A stretch of DNA of 64,000 bases from Felis catus (Eukaryota). Position 1 is the first letter of the stretch. Each line of letters starts with the position of its first letter. The DNA lies in assembly GCF_018350175.1 (NCBI RefSeq), contig NC_058373.1, forward strand, positions 85,126,001 to 85,190,000, read 5' to 3'. Shown here piece by piece: positions 36,448-49,033 of this stretch. Under the pieces are notes generated by a model that worked only from the letters and a program-made list of their open reading frames with translations, was not told the origin of the DNA and searched no databases. Position numbers and translations under genes: made by a program.

Positions 36448-37669
36448 TCTGTATGCTTTCTTCTCGATGGTACTTATATTCTGCCAGAATTTGATTAGTA
36501 GCTATCTGGGCACAAAGATCACTAATGACCGAGTCAAATAACTTATATAGATTAAACAATTTCTTGGAAAAAATACAATATAGTATGACATTCCTTTTCC
36601 AAGAACATTGAAGTTCACAACTGTAACCACTTACCGTGAATTGTTAAATCCTCCAACTTCTGAGGACAGAGAGTATGAGAAGGAACAGTTTCCTGAGGGA
36701 ATTTGTAGATTCTCAGGTGAGATAGTTTTAAGGGCAAAAATTTCTTGCCCTAGAGGGCAACAAAAGTGTAAATGCACACAACAGATTAAGATTTTTAAAG
36801 CTGTAAGGGACATTATAGCTTACTTATTCTATTTTTACATAGAAATGAACAAACTACCCAGATAAATTACAGATAATAACTTGTCCCCAGTCACAGTCTT
36901 TTGGTGTTACAACCAATGACCAGGATTCAAATTCCTTCCCCATGTTTTTCCTATCATCACTTCTTTCTCTAGGATTGATACAAAAATTCATAAAAGGCTT
37001 CATTTGTCTGGCATTGGTGAAAAACATGTTTTAAATGTTAGCTTTCCAGATAACTAAAGTTTATCCCTTAAGCATCACTTACAAGGTTTTAGTGGAATTG
37101 GTCATTTTGAAGAGTATGCTGAGCATAATTTAGCTTTTCGTTGAGGAATGAGTATCATTAGGAACATTAATTGTTTTACCGTGATGGAGTGGAGGCCACA
37201 GTTGCCGTCTGGAGTAGCTGGTAGTTCAATTGCTTCTGCTGGTCTTTATATTAGTGTCTCCCATCACCGTTTCACCACCCTAAACCCCCTCCATCTGCTT
37301 GCCAGCAGGCTTTCCTACATGGCTGATGCTCCCTCTTGCTAAAGGTTGGCTGAAAGCCTCTCCTGCACAATAAAATGCACGATTCTGTGATAAAAATTTG
37401 AGCTTTCTTTTTGCTTGAAAACTGAGCCCTCTAACGCAAGATACTTTTCATAATCTCTATAGCCTTGTGCTTTCTTGGACGTGTTATCTGGTGATTTAGG
37501 AGAATCGATTTGACATTTTCACCACAGACCATCTAAGAAGAAGGATTTAAATGTTGAAAACAAGATGCTTACACAGAGCTTCTTATTTTCCTAAGTAACT
37601 CCTGATTACCGGCTTGGTATCTCCTGCCTCCAGATTATCTTCTGATCCTGGAAGAAGTTTTGGGCATAG

Positions 37670-37853
37670 CCAGTGTTCTTAAGTGTCGGCATATATCAGA
37701 TTCACCTGGAGGTCTTGTTGAACCACAGAGTGCTGGGCCCCACCCCCACAGTTTCAGATTTACTAGGTCTGAGGAGAGCCCCGAGGTTTCACAATTCCAA
37801 GTTATAGGAGATGCTGCTGTTGGTGGTGTGGGACCACACTTTGAGAGTCACTG
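37670..37853. mobile_element. MER5A-like MITE
   Basis: atcagattcacctggagg..tgctgggccccacccccacagtttcagatt..ggaccacactttgagagtcactg. Confidence 0.85.
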
Positions 37854-38065
37854 AGGAAATCATCATTCTCCATTATTCTGCAGAAAGAAAGGGAGGGCCA
37901 AGAGGAACTGAGACCCTGTGGGCTTGCAGGCACCTGCTGCCAGAAGACATTGTCTAGAGTGTTCTTGGAGGCGGCCATTTGAGACTTTGGTCAATGGCTT
38001 CTCATACCAAAGAACAGAGTCAGCTCCTAACCTTTAATTTGGGAGTATTAAAAACCTATACTTTT

Positions 38066-38197
38066 GGGGTGCCTGGGTGGCTCGGTCAGTTAGAAGAGTC
38101 TGACTTGATTTCGGCTCAGGTGATGATCTCCCAGTTCATGAGATCGAATCCTGATTTGGGCTCTGTGCTGACAGTACAGAGCCTGCTTGGGATTCAT

Positions 38198-38255
<58 letters not shown>

Positions 38256-38312
38256 CTTCCACCACTCATGCTCACACACTTTCTCTTTTTCAAAATAAAT
38301 AAACTTAAACAC
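38066..38312 (+). mobile_element. CanSINE with (CT)~25 tract
   Basis: TSD aaaacctatact. Confidence 0.94.
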
Positions 38313-38769
38313 AAAACCTATACTATTTTGCTGGTGTCTTTGGTAGCAAATGGGCTTTATTCTTGTTTTCCTATTCCAGAACATTTATTATTTAATTGGA
38401 TTCTTCACATATGCATCTATGAAATTTATTGGGTAATTTTCAAAATCAAAGCATGATAAGCTCCTTCTTCCTTGCTTACGTGTGTATTCATGTGTACACA
38501 CACACACACAAACACATACACATGTTCTACATAGGAACTTAGGCTGATACCACCTAATGACCTCATCCTCAGAAACTTCAACATCCACAGTATTGACTCT
38601 GCCAACCCCTTGACCTCAGCACATCATAGGGAAGCATCGCCCCCAATCCTCTTGTCTGCAATGAGAGTTCAAGATTAAGGACATTGGCACTTGTCTCTCA
38701 ATTTCCCTATTCCCAACTTCCCCAATGCCCCCCCACTTTTGTTTAATCATGCTGAGCATATCCTGGGAG

Positions 38770-38970
38770 ATTGTGTGGCATAATAGAAAGGACATGGGCT
38801 TTAGAGTTAGATGTACACAGATTTGAATCCTTCCCAACCATGTAACCTTGGGTCTTGGGTCTTTACATCTGTTGTATGGCGATAATACCTACATTACAGG
38901 GTTGTTGAGAGGGTTGAGAAGTATGTGATGCATACCAGCACATAGCAGATGATTAGCTAATGAGAATTCA
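38770..38970 (+). mobile_element. MIR
   Basis: gtgtggcataatagaaag..gggctttagagttaga..gataatacctac..agggttgttgagagg. Confidence 0.7.
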
Positions 38971-39519
38971 TTACTCTGTAGACACTTTAGTCACTCACAA
39001 GGCTAGTCACAGCTCAGATTATACCTGTCACTCAGATTTGCTCTGCCACTAAGGTCTCAAAGCTGGAGTTCTTTTTTAGAGCCACCATCAGCCATGGGGA
39101 GGCAGGATGGCATGGGGATGCTGGAATCACAGCAACAGGGGGAGAAAAGAGGATGGCAGAGATCCCAGGCTCATAGCTCCTCCCCCTGGCTCACAGCTAG
39201 TCCATCTCTTGCCATTGTAAGATTAAGGAATCGATTTAGGCAATCGTAACCCTCCAGCTCCAATTCTCTGGAACTGTAGTATTCTTTTCTTCCGTTACTC
39301 TTCACTCCCAGCCGAGTCTCTTTGTTGTCATCACCATGACCTCCATTTCGTTTGTATTTTTGCAGCTCATCAGCTCTCATCCCAACTTACTTTCTATCAC
39401 GTTTTTGCTTAAGTCTTCCCTCCTCTGTTTTTCTACCATAACCCCAAATCTGGGCCAGACTGAACCACCCACCATTTCCAAGGTTTTTTTTTTTTTCATA
39501 GCATACTTTTCTTTTTAAT

Positions 39520-39665
39520 CGAATATGTTATTTGTTTTGTTTTCTACCTCCCATACTGGAATATAAGTTCCTTGAAAGCAGAAACTTTAGTTCATTGCCT
39601 TACCCCTGCACCTAGACTAGTGCCTGTCTATTGAAGGTATACAATAAATATTTGCTGACTGAATT
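39520..39665 (+). mobile_element. L2 3' end
   Basis: ctggaatataagttccttgaaagcag..cctagactagtgcctg..caataaatatttgctgactgaat. Confidence 0.75.
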
Positions 39666-40329
39666 CTTTGCCTTCCCTTCATGCTTCTCATGTATGTGCT
39701 GCTTAGCATCATCCCAGTTTCTGATTGATTATGACAGGGCAGGCTGTAAATCAGAAACTTGATGGCATAGTCCTCAGGACTAGGCTTTGGTCTTCTTGAT
39801 GTGGAATCTGGCTGACTCTGCCTCTCCTTTGACAGTGAGCTGCCTACCAGAATACTCTGCAGCTGTTGGTGCTGGTCTATGTGTGTGCCCCCTGGATGGT
39901 AGGTATTGAATTGCTGGCCATCTTACGGGGGCTCTGTCCCACCAAGACACTGTCTCTGTTTCTTCCCATCAGGCCTGTTGCTGAGATGCCTCAGGCCTTA
40001 GCATTCTCCCATGATGACATTAAAGTAAGTTCTCTTCAGGGCAGACCAGCTAGCTCCAGTAGTGGAAAAGCTATGGAGGTGGAAATCAGGAGGCAAGGGT
40101 CCTGGTTTCAACTGAATGTCTGACTTGACTTCAGACAAATCAATTACTTAAAAAATCCTTTTTAAGAACCTACCATGCACAGATGGAGTTTAGAGTTTAC
40201 AAAGAAGTCTGAAGTTCTTCTAAGAGATTCCAATCTCCCTAAGAGATTCCAATCTAGTTGGAGAGACTTGAAAGACACACACGAAATCTTTCATTTTATC
40301 TCTGAAATATTTCTCAAAGATGCTTACTT

Positions 40330-41070
40330 CTTTCCATCTCCACAATCCACACCCTAGTTCTCTCCATATTCATACTCTACACCTGAGTTCTAGGTATCAC
40401 CCCCCCCACCCCCACCCCCTTTTGCCTGGACTACCAGCTTCCTGTTTGGTTCCACCATTTCCAATCTTTCCACTTATGATTTATTCTCTCATGGAAGAGT
40501 TATTTTTCACAATCCAAATCAGACTGTACTGCTCTCCTACTTAGAATCTCTTGCTGGATGTTAGATTCAACTGGGCACCTTAACTTGACTTATTTGGACC
40601 TGCTTGGTCTTTCCCTGCCCACCACTCCTTTCTCATGTGGTGATTCTCTCTTTACCACCCGTGATGCAGTCATAATAGATGTTGTCTGATCCCTTAAACC
40701 TGGGACATCTTTCCCAATTTGGGGTCTGTGTACATGCCCTTGGTCTGCCTGGAATTGTCTGCTTTCCCACTGTCCACTAGGCCCTGGTCTTCACATGGTT
40801 GGCTCCTTTCCTTCTCTGAGGGCTCAGCTAAAAAGGGATCTCCAAAACGCCTTCTCTGAAATAACTTTCCTGGTCATTCCATTGTGGGGCATTATATATT
40901 TCCTTCATACACCTTATCACAGATTCAGTGATTACTTATTGATTTATGTCTGTCTCCATCACTGGACTGTAAGTTCCCTGAAGTCAGGCACCGTGCCGTC
41001 TTCAGCGTTCTGTTCTTAAAACCTCAATACCTGTCTAGCACCTGTCTAGCCTTCAATAAATATTTTAACA
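40330..41070 (+). mobile_element. L2 3' region
   Basis: ttgcctggactac; tctgcctggaat; ctggactgtaagttccctgaag; tcaataaatattt. Confidence 0.7.
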
Positions 41071-41086
41071 CTAAACAAATAATGGC

Positions 41087-41205
41087 AGGGTGCCTGGCTG
41101 GCTCAATTGGTAAAATGTGAGACTCTTGATCTCAGAGTTGTCAGTTCGAGCTCCATGTCAGGGGTGGAGTTTACTTAATAAACAAACAAATACTTTAAAC
41201 AAAAC
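41087..41205 (+). mobile_element. Short CT-less CanSINE
   Basis: gggtgcctggctggctca..gactcttgatctc..gttcgagc; TSD caaataatggc. Confidence 0.88.
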
Positions 41206-42464
41206 AAAGCAAATAATGGCTACCAGCTGGGCATAATGTTTTGTAGGATGATACTTTCTGTATAAGTTGGCAGATCACTGAGATTTCATTAGTTGTATTT
41301 GTGATAACTGTGCTCTGTGCTGATTGTTTTCAGGATACTTTCACACAATTAAAGACAACCAGATCCTTTAAAATGATACAAAATCCTAAAATCGGTTTAA
41401 GTTGTATATTCTGTCAGATATATTTGGATTTGCCAGGCAAGAGGTATTTATCAAAAACTCAAATTCATAATGTGTGTACGCTTGCTTCATTTAAAACTGG
41501 TATTGAAACTGTAGTCTCCTCGTCCTGAGAAGCACCCTTAAGAAAGACAATTAGACTTTGAGGGAAATAACATCCCTTCCCTACAGGCCTTGCACAGAGC
41601 TACTCTGTCAGATACCTTCCAGACAACCTGGGAGCTGAGAGTGGCTCTGTTGTAAGTTCTTCTCTGTTAAGCATTGGATTGTCGCAGTCTTGTTGGATGT
41701 ACAAAAGACAGCTTTCTCTGTTGTGTCAACTAACAAAAGATGGTTATTTTAAACATGTACTGTGGACTGCTTAAAAAATACCTGGCTCCTGTGGTTATAG
41801 GTCGTTACACAAACATGACATATACGGTACTGAGAGCAGTGTCTTTTTGAAAGAGCAGCTGCTTCTCATTTCATCTGACCTGATATTGATTCATCATCCT
41901 TGCTGGATTCAATGGCCTGCTCAGTGGCATTGGAACATGGGCTCGATGCCTGTTGGCAGCTCTGACTGTCTGGGTGCCTTTCCGTTTTATCCCTTTGATT
42001 GTAGAGCAGTTTTGTGTTATTGATAAATTACAGGTATGGTACTCAGAGGGAGGAAAGGGGCAACTCAGAGTGAATGGCGGTGCCCTTGGGTATGACGCTC
42101 TCTTGGACTCATCCATTAGACAATCCTATGCAGTGAAAGGTGTGTTTATGGGATTAGTTATTAATCACAAAACAGGATAGGAGTTACTTGACTGCTAATT
42201 ATAACACTGGATGAGCACATAAAAATCATCATAATAAACAATATCATCCCTGTAGGACCCTTCACATGAAATCAGTCCTGCCAGACAAATAATAGTTATT
42301 TACATAACATGGGATCTTAAAAAAATAGATCCTAAAAAACTAGCAACAACCAAATAAGCAAAATGGAAGCTAATAAAAATTAGTACCTTAAAAAAATCAT
42401 TGCAAGCTATGTTTTCTGTAATTATACCAAGCCCTAGAGTTTTAACCATGTAATAGTAATTTTT

Positions 42465-42986
42465 NNNNNNNNNNNNNNNNNNNNNNNNNNNNNNNNNNNN
42501 NNNNNNNNNNNNNNNNNNNNNNNNNNNNNNNNNNNNNNNNNNNNNNNNNNNNNNNNNNNNNNNNNNNNNNNNNNNNNNNNNNNNNNNNNNNNNNNNCTCC
42601 TCCTGCNNNNNNNNNNNNNNNNNNNNNNNNNNNNNNNNNNNNNNNNNNNNNNNNNNNNNNNNNNNNNNNNNNNNNNNNNNNNNNNNNNNNNNNNNNNNNN
42701 NNNNNNNNNNNNNNNNNNNNNNNNNNNNNNNNNNNNNNTACAGCTCACACGCTAGCCCCACAATACACAATCAGGACCATGAATTCTGCTAATTGGGTAC
42801 CTTCTGCGTCCAGANNNNNNNNNNNNNNNNNNNNNNNNNNNNNNNNNNNNNNNNNNNNNNNNNNNNNNNNNNNNNNNNNNNNNNNNNNNNNNNNNNNNNN
42901 NNNNNNNNNNNNNNNNNNNNNNNNNNNNNNNNNNNNNNNNNNNNNNNNNNNNNNNNNNNNNNNNNNNNNNNNNNNNNNNNNNNNNN
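42465..42986. other. Three N blocks: 42465-42596 (132 bp), 42607-42738 (132 bp), 42815-42986 (172 bp)
   Basis: Counted directly; separated by islands of 10 bp and 76 bp. Confidence 0.99.
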
Positions 42987-43104
42987 AAAGTAGTGTAGAA
43001 TTGTCCTCTTTCTTTATTTACGTAAAATGATTTTTGTTTTGAACTTTTCAAAAATCAAAACCATTAAGCCATTTGCTGCTTTAAGTTTTCTGGCATTCAA
43101 CGTT

Positions 43105-43131
43105 TTGTTGTTGTTGTTGTTGTTGTTGTTG
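43105..43131. repeat. (TTG)9 microsatellite
   Basis: Seen directly. Confidence 0.9.
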
Positions 43132-43722
43132 TTTTTAAACCTACGATCTTGCTCAAGACCAGTTGAAAAGACTGTTAAATATATGTATTGTTGAGGAGCT
43201 CTGTTCGAGGAATAATGCAGTTGAGTTTGTTTGTGCCATTATTTCGCTCAGAATGATCCATAGTTTAGTGGGGAAATACAGAGTATAATTCTTGGTGGAG
43301 GAAAAAAGGAGAGCAAGTGTTTCATTTATAAATGTATGTGCAGATTCACATTCTAAGTAATAGCACTAAAATAGTCCAGGAGGAGAATGTAGGTTCTCTG
43401 TGTATATTTTATCTGAGTAAACTAGCAGGGCATTTCCAAATGGGCTCCACTGAAAGCCCAGTGGATTTTATAAAATTCATTACAAAAAGCCTTTTGCCCT
43501 TTTCTTCGCTTTTAGTCTTTAGCATTTCTGATGTAATAATCAGATAGACAAATCTCTGCGCTGTGCTTCTGTCATTACAGGCTCCCTGCTGTAGATGCTC
43601 AAAGGGCAAATTAACAGTAGCACAATTCAAGGGACCTCTTCACCTCCCATGGAAAAGCATCAGCTGCAGGTTCCTGCTTTCTTGAAGCTCTCCACATGGT
43701 TACAGAAGGATCATAATGACGA

Positions 43723-43743
43723 CAACAACAACAACAACAACAA
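43723..43743. repeat. (CAA)7 microsatellite
   Basis: Seen directly. Confidence 0.9.
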
Positions 43744-44014
43744 AAGATTAAGGAGAGGAAAGGAAAAGCCTTATGATTCACAAGACCAAAGAATTATTTG
43801 AGGTTTCATTCTCTGTGATTTAAAGGCTACATGAGCAAATGACAGTTTGTCTTTTTAAATATATTAATAATTTGCTCTCTTTACTTACTTAAATGATGGT
43901 AAATCAATGTGCCAATAACTATAGTTAGAGTTTTATTATTAACAGTGAATGTTACATTATTAAGACAGAAATTATAGAAAGAATATTGGTACTTTGGAGA
44001 CAATCAGAATGATA

Positions 44015-44170
44015 NNNNNNNNNNNNNNNNNNNNNNNNNNNNNNNNNNNNNNNNNNNNNNNNNNNNNNNNNNNNNNNNNNNNNNNNNNNNNNNNNNNNNN
44101 NNNNNNNNNNNNNNNNNNNNNNNNNNNNNNNNNNNNNNNNNNNNNNNNNNNNNNNNNNNNNNNNNNNNNN
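44015..44170. other. N block, 156 bp
   Basis: Counted directly. Confidence 0.99.
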
Positions 44171-45564
44171 GACACAGAATTCTATCAATTAAATTAGTTT
44201 GAGATGAAACAAATATGAATATAATAATGTTTATAATAATGAAGCAATTAGAGCTAATGAAATAAATGTTAATAAAGACTAGGATCCCTAGCCTATTTTC
44301 TGCCCTTCTCCTTCTGATACTTTCAAACTTTGGGTTGTGCTATATTCGCTGGATTCTTTTCAGTCATTGATGCTCTGTGTTGGAGACACAGGGATGAAGA
44401 ATATAAATCTTCACAGTCTGCATGTTTCTTGCTCTCATACTTTCAGATGGCTCCTTGTGGTCTGGTGTACCTCCTGCCGAGGTACTCATCTCTGATGAAT
44501 AAATCGTGTCTGTTCCACAGAAGTTTTACTTTCATACACCGTCTTATCTTGGTCTGGGATAGTAAACTGGCACTCATCGGTATAAATGTGGATCTTTTCC
44601 TTCTGCACATATTGGTGAGTTGATGGCTCAGGCCTAGTGCTTCTCCATTGCATAATTCAACTGGATTCTGCTTTTTAATTGCTTCCTTGGTGTCCTTAAG
44701 TCTTTGACATTCATTCCACTTAGTTCCCTGATATGAAGAGTCACGATTGGGATAGCAAAGCCAGGTTCTTAGCTATCTGGTCAGGAGTGTACTCTCTAGG
44801 AGAAATTATACCCATTATCTCACAGGAGATGATTTTGGAGACCTCACCTCGGTCTGCTAAATTATTGACATCAGTGAAAGACTTAGGACCCATATTCTGG
44901 ATTGCAATTTAGATTTGAGCCTAATAGTCTATGTTGCTGAGAACCTCATAGGGCAGTGGGCATGGGTATTGGGGAAGATGAAGCAGCAGTATGTTTTGAT
45001 CAGCTTAGATACTCATCCATTTAGCTAAAAAGATTATCTCCCAAGGAGTGATGCATTTATACAAATTATGGATTAAGAAAAAAATATTTTTTGTGGTGCA
45101 TGGCTATTCTATTATGAACGCTGCATGAGTAATTGATGGGAAAATTTTTTATTTTAGAAATTTCTTCTTGATTATCTATGTGGATGTTACTTTGGTTGGT
45201 GTACTTTTATTTGTCCTCAGTTTAAGGCTAGCGTTGGTGTTGATGAATGATATTTGACCTCAAAGTAGGTGGATCTTTGTGTTTTAAAAGTTTCAACCAA
45301 CTTTCTCACTTGGCTACTGTGGTTTTTTTTTTTTTTATCATGTATATTACGCGTGTTTTTGCTTTTGCCTTTGTATTACATTAAAAAGACATCAGAATGA
45401 GCTTTGAGTTAATGTTTCACTTGTAAAAGGTTATGGATTACGCTCAGCTGGTTTCTCAGGCTGACACAGGGTTCATGATCAGAAGAATGAAAACAAACAT
45501 GAATTGAAAATGTCACTAACCTTTATTGGGCCCTGAGAATCCCAGAGCCTGCATGACAGGAGGC

Positions 45565-45696
45565 NNNNNNNNNNNNNNNNNNNNNNNNNNNNNNNNNNNN
45601 NNNNNNNNNNNNNNNNNNNNNNNNNNNNNNNNNNNNNNNNNNNNNNNNNNNNNNNNNNNNNNNNNNNNNNNNNNNNNNNNNNNNNNNNNNNNNNNN
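45565..45696. other. N block, 132 bp
   Basis: Counted directly. Confidence 0.99.
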
Positions 45697-46865
45697 AAAA
45701 GTGTGGATGGTATCACATACTCTTATAAACCATGGAGCAGACATCTGTCTAGGATGCTTTTTCCTCCAAATTATGCTCAGTGTAAAGGGCATCCATACAG
45801 CTGTGCGTGTATAAGGTAGCCAGTTCTACATTCTCAATGTTCCTCAGCACTGAGTTGGAAGTCTGTCCAGATATACTACAAGTAAAGCTGTACATTTAAG
45901 TGGGTGTGTGGTGAAGGGATATTTACGCTGAGATCTAACATCTTACACGTGATGGGGCCATCAGGTTTGAATCCAATAGCGCTATCTCTGAAAACCTTTT
46001 GTAATTGGTAAACAAATACATTTATACCATAGGCCCCATACCCTCATCAGACTAGAGGGAAGTAAAACAAACTTAAACAGTGTATTGTATGAACTGTACA
46101 GTGTCTAGAGATTGAACTGTGATCCAGGAGATAACACATCTGACCAACAACAACTTGCTCTGAGCTTTCAGGTTCTATTAAGATTTGCTGTCTTTGTTTC
46201 TTTACAGTGACTTGGGCTTGGCTGAACTAGCCCAGGTTGTTCTTGAACTAAATACGAATAATCTTGCAGTATCTGAAACATTAGTCTGTTTCTTTCCCTC
46301 TTAATTTCTCTTCATGCTATTGCCTGATCTGGCGCACCCTGTGACAAATTGTGCTATACTTTTCACTGATTTGGTACGTAATTTGAAAAAATACTCTATA
46401 AAGGTTGCTAGAAAAATCCCAAAATAAAACATATCCTTTCATTTGAACTGTACCTATATAGTGGATGAGAGATTTTAGACTTTTACAAATGCATGTACTT
46501 TTCCCTGAATTAAAATGAGTTCTATAGACTCATGCTGAGTCCTAAATACTAGTATTTCAAGGCGTAACTGTGGCCTATATGGATTTAATGACATTGTTTG
46601 GCAGAGTGTGAGTATTTGGGAAACACAAATTTATGCCTTTTTATTCTTACGTTATCTAATTATATATTGTTCTTTTAATACAGAATTTGTTTTGCATTTT
46701 AAAAGACCAAAGGAATCTTTTGGCCAGAATGAGTTTCCACTTAAAAAATGGAGCCTTTTCCATTTTTACTTAAAAATAGCCTTAGAAAAATTGTATCTAA
46801 TTAACAATAAAATGATAAAGCATAACTTACACCCAAAGATTGAACATTAAGACAAGCTTTATTTT

Positions 46866-47058
46866 TTTTTTAAGTTTATTTATTTGAGGAAAAGAGAGAG
46901 AGTGTGTGTGAATGGGAGAAGGGGACAGAGAGAGAGAGAGAGAGAGGAGAGTGAGAATTCCAAGTAGACTCTATGCTGTCAATGCAGAACTCGATGTGGG
47001 GCTTGAACCCATGAACCGTGAGACCATGACCTAAGCTGAAATCAAGAGTTGGATGCCT
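46866..47058 (-). mobile_element. 5'-truncated CanSINE
   Basis: Lacks the ggggcgcctgggtggctcag head; TSD aagac(a/c)agctttatttt. Confidence 0.9.
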
Positions 47059-47255
47059 AAAGACCAGCTTTATTTTCCAGCATAAAGTTAGGAAACTTAC
47101 TTGGTGGAAAGAAAGTTACTATTAGTGATACTAGTTTTTACTCAAAAGTGACAATTTTGTTATTGCTGCAATTTAAGAGATTCATGCATATAACATTCTT
47201 TTATTTTTATAATAGTGAGGTAGGCTTTTTTAAACTTAAAATCATGTTTCCCATC

Positions 47256-47444
47256 AGGGTGTCTGGGTGGCTCAGTGGGTTAAGCGTCCATCTTCGGCTC
47301 AGGTCATGATCTTATGGTTTGTGAGTTTGAGCCCCGCATTGGGCTCTCTGCTCTCAGTGCAGAACCTGCTTTGGATCCTCTGTCCTCCTCTCTCTCTGCT
47401 CCTCCTCCTCCTCTCTCTCTCTCTCAAAAATAAATAAACTTAAA
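47256..47444 (+). mobile_element. CanSINE
   Basis: Imperfect TSD aaaatc..tttcccatc. Confidence 0.93.
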
Positions 47445-47640
47445 AAAATCCTTTTTCCCATCTGGAAAAACGTATAGTTTTTTTAGGTAAAGCAGATCAA
47501 TCAGTTTTCAATTTGAAGGATTATAGGTCAGGAACTGGGCTCTAGTTTTAACCTTGTGCTTGATGACTTATGTAACTTTGAAAGTCACATAAACTCTCTT
47601 TATTCAAAATTTCTTTTTATTGGATTATTTGTTTTCCCCC

Positions 47641-47960
47641 TGTATCAGTCAGGATAGTCTAGGTGTTGAGGCAGTAACAAATAAGTCTTAAATCTTAGTA
47701 GTTTGAAATAACAACGCTTAATTGTCATTCACCGATTCAGGAAGGACCAGTTGCGAACTATGTAACATCATTGTTGTTATTGTCCTAATGTTAGAAACTA
47801 TCTTGATGGAGTAGCTTCTCTCTGGAACATTGGCCATTGCCAAGGCAGAGAGAAAAGAGCATAGAAGGCAGCATACAGTAGCTCTTAAAGCTTCTACTAA
47901 CACAATAGGCCAAAGCAGGCCAATCTAGCTTCAAGCATCAGAGAAGTAGAATTCTACCAT
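47641..47960 (-). mobile_element. Old MaLR LTR (MLT1J/K-like)
   Basis: tgtatcagtcaggatagtctagg..gcagtaacaaata..aatcttagtagttt..ataacaac..gctcttaaagcttct. Confidence 0.65.
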
Positions 47961-48419
47961 ATTAATAGCCTTAAGAGTATCATACACTTTTCTCACCCGT
48001 TACCCTACCTTTATTTACTTTTAAATGTTATCACATTATAAAGTAATATACTGAAAAATTACTAAAATTAAAAAAACTCACAAATAAAATTGTTTCATTT
48101 GTGCAAGTTTATTTGAATGCCTTGCCAATGTTCATAATCTTTATATAGTTACATTGATTTCTTCCTGTTTGCTTGGTTACAAAGGTTACTAATGACTCTG
48201 TAAAGCTAGTGAGTATCATTGTGGAGGTTCGTTTTAAATCTTATGTTGCAATGGATTTCTAACCTGTCTATGATGATAATGTCTTAGTTAAAATTTTGAA
48301 TTATGAAATTAATATAAAAAGAGAAGTTGGAGATAAGTGTATAAGATGATAATGTATATGTAGAATATCTTGAACTTTTTACAGAAGATTCCATAGTAGT
48401 TAAAAATGTTTTCATGTGT

Positions 48420-48530
48420 GGGGTGCCTGGCTGGTTCAGTTGAAAGAGGGTACAACCTTTGATTTTGGGGTTGTGAGTTCCAGCCGCACGTTGGGTGTAG
48501 AGACTGCTAAAAAATAAAATCTTAAAAAAA
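48420..48530 (+). mobile_element. Short CT-less CanSINE
   Basis: ggggtgcctggctgg..ttgggtgtagagactgctaaaaaataaaatctt; TSD ttttcatgtgt. Confidence 0.88.
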
Positions 48531-48833
48531 TATTTTTTCATGTGTATCAGTGTTACCATAATCCCAGATAGTTTTGAAAAGAATCTGACGTGGGCCTGTT
48601 TTCCTAAAATTTCAGCTAAATTATACCATATTTCAGTTAAATTATATTATTTTTAATATAAAAACTTACATTTAGGTTCTTTTATTGGGAATTGTGGAAG
48701 AGGATTACAGGGCTTGATTTCTGCAGGGATGTACAAAGCCAGGATTCTGTGGGGAGGAGAGCCAATGAATGAAAGGGTACATATAGAAAAAATCTTAGTG
48801 TGCAATATATCCAACTTAAAGTTTTAATTTTCA

Positions 48834-49033
48834 GTTTATTTATTTATTTTGACAGAGAGAGAGAGCATGCCCAAATGGGGGAGGGGCAGAGAGAGAGGGG
48901 AAGAGAGAATCACAAGCAGACTTTGTACCATCGGCACAGAGCCCTACTGGAGGCTAAAACTCACGAATTGTGAGATCATGACCCGAGCTGAGGTCAAGAG
49001 TCAGATGCTTAACTGACTGTCACCCAGGTGCCC
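48834..49033 (-). mobile_element. CanSINE
   Basis: TSD ttaaag(t/c)ttta(a/g)ttttca. Confidence 0.92.

Noticed and set aside
24489-42986. Naming a specific miRNA cluster, lncRNA or host gene from the block spacing
   Set aside because: No visible base supports any named locus, and spacing alone is not evidence.
43105-43743. (TTG)9 and (CAA)7 as a long-range RNA stem
   Set aside because: These are common microsatellites; complementarity is expected by chance and the flanks do not pair.
9443-45696. 132-bp blocks as masked H/ACA snoRNAs or exactly masked exons
   Set aside because: Block edges lack AG/GT (or AC/CT) boundaries. Four identical lengths and a 10-bp spacer fit a technical minimum better than biological sizes.
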